A stretch of DNA of 64,000 nucleotides from Poseidonia sp. (lineage in GTDB: Archaea > Thermoplasmatota > Poseidoniia > Poseidoniales > Poseidoniaceae), in assembly GCA_965661285.1 (NCBI GenBank), contig CBFIDD010000002.1, positions 96,001 to 160,000 on the forward strand, read 5' to 3'. The notes below the pieces were generated by a model. The model saw nothing but the letters and a program-made list of their open reading frames with translations. It did not search any database and was not told where the DNA came from. Shown here piece by piece: positions 57,629 through 64,000 of this stretch (positions are counted from its first letter, which is position 1; each line of letters opens with the position of its first letter). Made by a program: the position numbers and the translations under genes.

Positions 57629-58630
57629 ATGTCTGAAAGCCAAGACCTTCTGCAGCACCCCCGCAGAAACTTGGGTAACCGGTACAGGTCAACGGCCCAA
57701 AAATTTGCTAGATTGGCCAAAACCGACCCTGACAGAGCGGCTGAAAACATGGCCTGGGCGGAACAGAATGCTCGACAAGCCATCCTGCACGACTTTACCG
57801 ATGAACGCAATTGGCGGTACCTCGCTGAACTCAAGGTCATCAACAAGGACGCCGAAGGCTTGCATGCACTTCTGGAGGACGTGTTCGTCATTCTCGGACG
57901 CGACCCTGACAACCTTGACCAGCTCAGTGGCATTGACTACCTCGGTGTTGGCAGGGAATTGCTCGAAGCCGCCTTCGCTCGCGACGCACTTGACCCCGAT
58001 GCGTGGTGGGAGCGGATCACAGCCATTGAAGGACAATCTGCCATTGAGGAATTTGCCGAACGGTGCCGCCGACTCGATTTTCGAGACCAACGGGCCAACA
58101 TCGTTTTCGGTCGTCGCCTTGAACGACTTCGGTCGGCCGGCCATGAAGACATTTTCATTGACCTTGCAAAACATCTCCTCGCCCACCGACCCATCAACCA
58201 CGAATTATGGATGGAGATGGGGCGCCTTCATGAACGTAGAAACGAGGTGAACGAAGCATGGTCATGTTACGATCAAGTGCAACAATTGCGACCGCATCTC
58301 AACGAACGGGACCGCTTCCTCGAACGCTTGAAAGGTGAGATGGACGGCAAGGAACGTCAACCTTGGTCCGGACCTTCCATTGACCATCGCCAAGCCTTCC
58401 TCAAAGGCATGCAATCGCTGACTGACCGTATTTCCACGCCAGATGCACAAGCCCCATCGACAGAACCGCCCGAAGAGGACACGTCGGCCCATCCCGATGA
58501 AGCAAAACTGAGCGCTCTCCTTGCGCAGGGCGACGTCCAAGCTGCGTTCTTTTTGGCTCGACGTTTGTTGGCATCGGGAGAGGAATGGGCCGAGTCATGG
58601 CTTGACGAGATTCAATCCAAAATGGTGTGA
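57629..58630 (+). CDS. TPR-like helical repeat protein
   Basis: 333-aa helical ORF with LAHRP.NHELWMEMGRL....NEAWSCYDQV TPR-like unit. Confidence 0.65.
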   Translation: MSESQDLLQHPRRNLGNRYRSTAQKFARLAKTDPDRAAENMAWAEQNARQAILHDFTDERNWRYLAELKVINKDAEGLHALLEDVFVILGRDPDNLDQLSGIDYLGVGRELLEAAFARDALDPDAWWERITAIEGQSAIEEFAERCRRLDFRDQRANIVFGRRLERLRSAGHEDIFIDLAKHLLAHRPINHELWMEMGRLHERRNEVNEAWSCYDQVQQLRPHLNERDRFLERLKGEMDGKERQPWSGPSIDHRQAFLKGMQSLTDRISTPDAQAPSTEPPEEDTSAHPDEAKLSALLAQGDVQAAFFLARRLLASGEEWAESWLDEIQSKMV

Positions 58631-58633
58631 GCC

Positions 58634-59029
58634 ATGCCGTCAACACCGCTCTTCGTCTTGGCGTGGATCACGCGCAAAGGCGAGACGCCAACCGAAATGG
58701 GAGATGGGCGTGAAGTGCTCTTTGTTGAGCATCCCGAACGAGGCTGGGAAATACCCGGCGGGCATCTCGAGGAGAACGAAACAGCAGAGGAAGCCCTTCA
58801 CCGAGAAATCAAGGAGGAGACGGGACTGGCCGGAACCCTCGTATCTTGGAACAAAACCTACTATCCCAAGGGATGGGTTGCCCATGTTGAAGTGGACACA
58901 ACGACACCCGCTGACTGGCACGTAGAGGACAGGAACGTGAGCGCCGTCAAATGGTGGAAGGACGTCCCGCCTGTCAAAACATGGACCGTGGAAGAATTTG
59001 AAGACCTTGCTCGCCATTTCTCAGCCTGA
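58634..59029 (+). CDS. NUDIX hydrolase
   Basis: Nudix box GGHLEENETAEEALHREIKEETG. Confidence 0.9.
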   Translation: MPSTPLFVLAWITRKGETPTEMGDGREVLFVEHPERGWEIPGGHLEENETAEEALHREIKEETGLAGTLVSWNKTYYPKGWVAHVEVDTTTPADWHVEDRNVSAVKWWKDVPPVKTWTVEEFEDLARHFSA

Positions 59030-59030
59030 A

Positions 59031-60095
59031 TCAAGGCATGGCCAACTCGGAGAGGCGTTGGCCCCAAGCCGCCGTTTCTTCAGGTGTTGACGCGCAAGCT
59101 TGTGCAACAGCAGCCAGCATCGGGTCTTCCACCGCCGCGGGTTGAGCCATCAGCGATGCGAACCGTTCCATCTTGTCGAGACGGTGGGCAAGCGTGAGCA
59201 TGGCCCGAACGGCTGGACGTTCGCCCCCGCCCCAACCCGGCTCAAGATGGTCGCAACACCATGCGAAGACGCCGTTAATGTCGTCCGGGTGCACTGCGAG
59301 AACGGGAGGCTCTTCTTCAAGGTCGAGAGGTTTCGCTTCCTCAACTTGCACGTGCATGGGTGCTGCATCCATCGATTGATGCTCGATAGCCAAATCCAAG
59401 AATAACGAGCCTGCTTCAATCGCCATTTGCGTTTGTGAGGCCAGCATGGCGTGTATATGGGCATTCCATGCGTGCCTTCCGGCATCAAAGAGATGACCGA
59501 GCGCCTGTCGAATGCGACTTGCACCCAATCTTGAAATCGCGATGGTCTCGTGTGCGTGGCCCGCCTTTCTCGAAATATCGCCGTACACTTGGAGGGCCAT
59601 CAACGCCTCGCCTTGCGCCATGTGATAGGCTGCTTTATTGAGCAGAGAAAGGTCATGGTCTCGGCTTGCTTTGGCCACTGATTTTAGGCGTGTTTCAGCC
59701 CACGTCAAGTCTTCTTCTGCTCCCTCAGCGTCTCCAGCCTCAAAACGAGAAAGACCACGCTCCATGCGCAATCGTCCCTCCAGCGCCAAGTCCCTGGTTT
59801 CAGGCGTTCTCACAACCTCGAGGGCCGCCTCGAGGGCTTCGTCAAGATGCGTGTCTCCAAGCCAACGTCGGCGAACCAATCCAAGTACCGCATGTTCCCC
59901 TTTCGAGAGATGCGGCCCCATCGCCTCCAACAATTCGGGTGCATCCATGAAGAGGGCAGCCTCGGCCAGCGAGAGCCACGAGGGCCATGCAAGTTCTTCT
60001 TTCCATGCCACGAGCACCTCGCTGTCCACCGGACCTTCGGTACGCCATCTCGAAACAAACATGCCTGGTCCGTGGGGGGTTTTGATGGTCGTCAT
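59031..60095 (-). CDS. Hypothetical helical (TPR-like) protein
   Basis: 354-aa Ala/Leu-rich ORF; ATGA overlap with the DHH gene. Confidence 0.65.
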   Translation of the reverse strand: MTTIKTPHGPGMFVSRWRTEGPVDSEVLVAWKEELAWPSWLSLAEAALFMDAPELLEAMGPHLSKGEHAVLGLVRRRWLGDTHLDEALEAALEVVRTPETRDLALEGRLRMERGLSRFEAGDAEGAEEDLTWAETRLKSVAKASRDHDLSLLNKAAYHMAQGEALMALQVYGDISRKAGHAHETIAISRLGASRIRQALGHLFDAGRHAWNAHIHAMLASQTQMAIEAGSLFLDLAIEHQSMDAAPMHVQVEEAKPLDLEEEPPVLAVHPDDINGVFAWCCDHLEPGWGGGERPAVRAMLTLAHRLDKMERFASLMAQPAAVEDPMLAAVAQACASTPEETAAWGQRLSELAMP

Positions 60096-61102
60096 GAGTT
60101 CACCTCTCGCCTTGGTGTGCGGGCAACGGCATCGATAAAGGCGGTTTCTGCTTCAATCGGATCGCAATCTCCCGACCATCCCGCTGCACCGTCATGTCCA
60201 CCACCCTCACCGCCAATGGATTGTGCTATGATTTCCATGATTTCACCCATGTGCAAACCGGCGACGACACTGGAACGAGGCGCCCGTACGGTCAGCCGAG
60301 TTGAGCCGTTGCGGTGACGGGAAACGACCACCGCATCTGCACCCAATCCGTTGAGGAGAGAAGCAACCTTGCCCTCAAGCGTTCCCGCCGTTGTGCGTAA
60401 GACCGTCCAGGGTCCAGCTTCCGTTGTATCGGCCCGTTGAAGTCCGCGTAGGACGGCCCCCCGTTCGCTGGGTGTCATGGTGGCATCTTCCATCTCTTGG
60501 ATGAACTGCTGGTAGTCAAGCGCACCACGTTCAATGAGCATGGAGGCCGTGGAGAACGAGGTTGCGTCAGCGTGTCGAAAACGACCGGTATCGGTCACCA
60601 ACCCTGCCAAAAGGAACTCACACACTTGAGGCGTGAGACATTGAGGGGCGTGGTGCTCAAGGTAGCGACCCACCACCTCGGTGGTGGACCGAACATTCCA
60701 CTTGATGCGCACATCGTCATCGTTGAGTGTCCATCCATCCGTGGCGTGGTGGTCAATGATGCAAAGAGGCACGCTTGGAAGAGACAGACCGGTCTGGTCA
60801 GGTGCAGCAGCATCAACAACAACGAGGCCTGCGAGTTGTTTGGGCCAACCTGTGTTTGAGGCCTTCAGTGTGCGAAAGGGCGCCCGGTGACGTTCGATAA
60901 GCCGCTGAGCGACGCGACCCACATGAACACCTGCTGCCAGCAAGCTTGGGTGGCTTGCGGCAAGGGCGATGGCTGAGCCGACCGTATCCATGTCCCCGTT
61001 TTTTCCCGTAATCACGGCAACAGGACCATGTTTGGTGGCATTTGTGAGCCATTGATGCAGCCGAAGAAGGTCTTCGGCCTGGGCCTTGCTTGAGGCCGTC
61101 AT
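60092..61102 (-). CDS. DHH/DHHA1 phosphoesterase (NrnA-like)
   Basis: DMDTVGSA, VVVD, IIDHH, GLVTDTGRF, GGGHDGAAG. Confidence 0.88.
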   Translation of the reverse strand: MTASSKAQAEDLLRLHQWLTNATKHGPVAVITGKNGDMDTVGSAIALAASHPSLLAAGVHVGRVAQRLIERHRAPFRTLKASNTGWPKQLAGLVVVDAAAPDQTGLSLPSVPLCIIDHHATDGWTLNDDDVRIKWNVRSTTEVVGRYLEHHAPQCLTPQVCEFLLAGLVTDTGRFRHADATSFSTASMLIERGALDYQQFIQEMEDATMTPSERGAVLRGLQRADTTEAGPWTVLRTTAGTLEGKVASLLNGLGADAVVVSRHRNGSTRLTVRAPRSSVVAGLHMGEIMEIIAQSIGGEGGGHDGAAGWSGDCDPIEAETAFIDAVARTPRREVNS

Positions 61103-61416
61103 TCCTGCGCACCCTGCAAGGATTGCTTCAATTCGTCATAGGTTTGAATGAGTTGCTTTTCACGGTCTGTGAAGCGCTCGAGATGTGCGGTCAAGGATTC
61201 AAGCGTCTCCCGCAATTCACCCAACAAGGCTGCTTTATCGGAGACTTCGATGAGGACACCGCCCATTTGTCGGTGAAGTCTCAAACCTTCGGGCTGGGCC
61301 TCAACCGCAGCAATCGTTCCCTCAAGTTCCTGCACCTGTGCGCGCACACTGCTGACTTGTTGACGTGCTGATTGAACTTCCGCTACCACGAGTTGGAGTT
61401 GGTCGAGTTGTTCCAT
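61099..61416 (-). CDS. pfdB: Prefoldin beta subunit
   Basis: Two coiled coils flanking HRQMGGVLIEV; typical position in the exosome superoperon. Confidence 0.85.
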   Translation of the reverse strand: MEQLDQLQLVVAEVQSARQQVSSVRAQVQELEGTIAAVEAQPEGLRLHRQMGGVLIEVSDKAALLGELRETLESLTAHLERFTDREKQLIQTYDELKQSLQGAQE

Positions 61417-61448
61417 GGACTCACCTGTGCACAGCACCATGCCGAGGT

Positions 61449-61673
61449 TCAAGAATGCTTTCCGAAGACCTTCAGCACCGAATCGGTGGCGATAAGCCCA
61501 CGAAGCCTGGTGTTCCACATAGCTCGCAGGTCCTTGCAGGATGATTCTTCCAAGGTGATGGAAAATTGATGCTCATCCAGCCACGTGGTCTCGCAATCGG
61601 TGGCCAAGCAAGCGGCCAAGGAACGAGTGTCCTGCGTCGTTCGCGATTGGAGGGTGAGTGACAAATGCCACAT
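61449..61673 (-). CDS. Probable KEOPS subunit Pcc1 (divergent)
   Basis: ITLEESSCKDLRAMWNTRLRGL resembles the Pcc1 LRA..N..LR motif; lies between rpl37ae and pfdB. Confidence 0.65.
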   Translation of the reverse strand: MWHLSLTLQSRTTQDTRSLAACLATDCETTWLDEHQFSITLEESSCKDLRAMWNTRLRGLIATDSVLKVFGKHS

Positions 61674-61692
61674 CGCCAACACCGATGTTTGT

Positions 61693-62055
61693 TCACTCTT
61701 CCTCTTCAAGGGAGGGGCGGTTAGCCAACTCGCGCTCGTAGTTCATGGCGGCTTCCTGTGCGATGAAGGCCATGTCGGCGGTGGTTGCGCCGTCGACACT
61801 TCGGCGGAGAATACGGTTGTTGGCATCAGATGCTCGGGTAAAAGGTTCCCAAGCGCCGCCGGCAAAGGTGTGATCACACTTCTTGCACGACCAAATGCCG
61901 ACGGATTGCCGTTCAACTTTTTGGTATTGACAAACGGGGCACGTGTATTTGCGAGATCGCTTGGCCATGGCCGAGGCTGCATTACGACGGACGGATACAC
62001 CGTAGCGTGCTCCGAATCGTGCTGTTGCTCCTGCTTTCTGGGTTCGCTTTGCCAA
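61693..62055 (-). CDS. rpl37ae: 50S ribosomal protein L37Ae (eL43)
   Basis: RFGARYG, CPVC, GIWSCKKC, FAGGAW; TTG start; C-terminal extension. Confidence 0.95.
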   Translation of the reverse strand: MAKRTQKAGATARFGARYGVSVRRNAASAMAKRSRKYTCPVCQYQKVERQSVGIWSCKKCDHTFAGGAWEPFTRASDANNRILRRSVDGATTADMAFIAQEAAMNYERELANRPSLEEEE

Positions 62056-62841
62056 TCAGTTCCCCTCCTTTTCTGCTACGAGTTTTCGAAGTTCCACGCA
62101 TCGCTTTTGTGCCACATCGAAGATCTCGGCAAACTCGGCGGGAGTGAACACCCCTTTTAGCCCCTTCTGTAGGGAGTGGAGGTGGCCCTCGTCTCCAAGC
62201 GTGATGTGAATGCGCTCGTCGCCGCCGAGTTCTTCTTGCTCGTTGGCGTCAAGAACAAAGCGTCCGCCGACACGGGTGAACGATGCCATGATCGGCGTGC
62301 CGTTCACCTGTAGCGTGTGATCTTCACCGATGTCAAAGCGCTCGGCGGGAACAACGGCTGTGCGCAGGGCAGCGATGGCCGCCAAGCCGCAAGCATCGAA
62401 AATGTTCCCTTGGTCGGAGAGGACGTGAATATCGATCATGACACCCCAAACCTTCTCGCCGGGAACAATGCACAAACTCTCCATGTCGATGCAACCGGAC
62501 TCACGGATGCCTCGGTCAACCACACGGCCCAGTTCAATGGATTGGGGCGAAGGAGGACCTGGCTCGTATTTTCGGCCGGCGACAGGACGAAGTTCTGCGC
62601 CACACATCAAGGAGCCTTGGGTCGGTCGGTCCGGCCAAGGGGTACGGAGTTCAAACTTGACGCCTGCGTAAACGACGGTACCGCCCATGACGACCTTAGC
62701 GGACCCCTCAGCGTTGTACAAACAATCTGTCTCGAGTGTGACATCGCGTGCATCCCAGCGTCCACGACCATCGATTCGGTTGTCCTCTTCAGCCAGTCGG
62801 GCGAGTTCTTGGCGCAGCAAGGCAGGCACGAGTTCAACCAT
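62056..62841 (-). CDS. rrp42: Exosome complex component Rrp42
   Basis: RIDGR, AEGSA.V, EPGPP....IELGRVVDRGIRES, GNIFDA. Confidence 0.94.
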   Translation of the reverse strand: MVELVPALLRQELARLAEEDNRIDGRGRWDARDVTLETDCLYNAEGSAKVVMGGTVVYAGVKFELRTPWPDRPTQGSLMCGAELRPVAGRKYEPGPPSPQSIELGRVVDRGIRESGCIDMESLCIVPGEKVWGVMIDIHVLSDQGNIFDACGLAAIAALRTAVVPAERFDIGEDHTLQVNGTPIMASFTRVGGRFVLDANEQEELGGDERIHITLGDEGHLHSLQKGLKGVFTPAEFAEIFDVAQKRCVELRKLVAEKEGN

Positions 62842-63572
62842 CAGGCCTCACCTCCCTCGTATCGGCGCTTCAAGGCATCAACCATGATTTCGTGAATCTC
62901 CTTGGCGGCTTTGAAGTTGTATTCCATGGCGAGGTTGTATTCATCTGCCGAGAGGTCGCCGTCCATTTGCAGGAAGGCGATTTCTCCGGTATTTGGGAGG
63001 ATGCCGACCGGCAAGTCGGCTTGACCGTAGTTGTCTTCTGCCTTGTCGAGGTCAAGAACAACGGTGTCCTCAATCTTTCCAGAGGCAACACCGACAATCA
63101 TGTCTCGCATTGGAATACCGGCATCGGCAAGCGCAACGGCAGCGGCGGTGATACCCACACAGCGTGTACCTGCTTCAGCGGCGAGGATCTCGATTTCAAC
63201 GCGAATCTTAGAACGAGGGTAGCGTTCAACGAGGACAACGGATTCAAGCGCTTCGGAGGTTACCTTGGAAATCTCTCGTGAACGGCGATTGAAACCGGGG
63301 CGAATACGGTCGGAGGTTGAGAACGGGGCCATGTTGTAGCGCACATCGATGACTGCGCGGTCTTGGCGCTGAATCTTGCGAGGGTGCGCTTCCATTGGGC
63401 CGTACACGGCAGCCACAGCAACGTTGAGTCCGTGCGAGACCATGGCCGAGCCATCAGCGGCTGGCAAAACCCCAGCTTCAATTGAAACCGGACGCATTTC
63501 ATCCACTTTGCGGCCGTCCAACCGGCTGCCGTCGTCGTTGAGCAATCGTACATCTCCATATCCACCCATCAT
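62841..63572 (-). CDS. rrp41: Exosome complex exonuclease Rrp41
   Basis: RLDGR..DEMRP, ADGSA, YNMAPFST, RRSREISKV, AGTR, EDNYGQAD. Confidence 0.95.
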   Translation of the reverse strand: MMGGYGDVRLLNDDGSRLDGRKVDEMRPVSIEAGVLPAADGSAMVSHGLNVAVAAVYGPMEAHPRKIQRQDRAVIDVRYNMAPFSTSDRIRPGFNRRSREISKVTSEALESVVLVERYPRSKIRVEIEILAAEAGTRCVGITAAAVALADAGIPMRDMIVGVASGKIEDTVVLDLDKAEDNYGQADLPVGILPNTGEIAFLQMDGDLSADEYNLAMEYNFKAAKEIHEIMVDALKRRYEGGEA

Positions 63573-64000
63573 GCATCACCTTTCGTTTTCTTTTCCATTT
63601 CGTTGAGAATCGATTCAAATTCTTTGGAATGTCCCTCGTTCACGAGTTTCTGAATCACTCCTCGGGCCCATGCGGTCCCTTCTGAAGAGCCTTCAATCCA
63701 AACACGGCCGTTTTCGCCGACCATAATTCGGCAGTCACAAGCATCTCGCATGCGCTGAAGCAGCGAGTTGCCTTCACCTCGAACCCGGTCAACATGTTGA
63801 ACCGGAATGGATTCAACGGCGCCTTGGTTCAGGCGTCGTAGACCAACGCCCTTCATGGTCAAGACCACGTTGTGGCACTCGTCCACCTCTTGCACACGTG
63901 CGAGGACGACATCTCCAACATCCATGTGTTGGCGGGCAGCGCCGAATTCCACTTTCCACGGGGCAAGGGACATCGGGAGCAAGCCTTGGAACGAACCGTT
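63569..64000 (-). CDS. rrp4: Exosome RNA-binding protein Rrp4 (5' part lies outside the window)
   Basis: S1-domain end (VGDVVLARV) and KH domain with VGENGRVWI; frame open to the window edge; directly upstream of rrp41. Confidence 0.88.
   Translation of the reverse strand, partial: NGSFQGLLPMSLAPWKVEFGAARQHMDVGDVVLARVQEVDECHNVVLTMKGVGLRRLNQGAVESIPVQHVDRVRGEGNSLLQRMRDACDCRIMVGENGRVWIEGSSEGTAWARGVIQKLVNEGHSKEFESILNEMEKKTKGDA

Noticed and set aside
1-64000. CRISPR arrays, transposases, prophage or defence systems
   Set aside because: No regularly spaced repeats or recognisable mobile or defence proteins found by eye

Overview
Gene-dense archaeal chromosomal segment. Gene content and style (exosome superoperon, EF-2/uS7/uS12, PAN, aMBF1, PriS, Kae1, Tsr3, isopentenyl phosphate kinase, split transketolase plus transaldolase, IDI1-polyprenyl synthase fusion, many CxxC zinc-ribbon orphans) suggest a Thermoplasmatota archaeon, most likely Marine Group II (Poseidoniales); this is inference, not a database result. 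It holds about 63 CDS, one tRNA-Val(GAC), a dispersed histidine-utilisation pathway, futalosine-route menaquinone genes and archaeal mevalonate/isoprenoid genes. I see no transposase, integrase, prophage or CRISPR array. The most notable items are a half-length homologue of eukaryotic deoxyhypusine hydroxylase coupled to mqnD, a MamK/Salactin-like actin with an upstream zinc-ribbon orphan, a membrane-anchored four-EF-hand/zinc-ribbon protein, a 50-aa DUF5679-like ORF missing from the ORF track behind a hairpin-rich spacer, and a recurring TTCTTSAA element where a TATA box is expected. Family calls come from motif recognition by eye; many starts were trimmed from the ORF track to a more plausible downstream codon.
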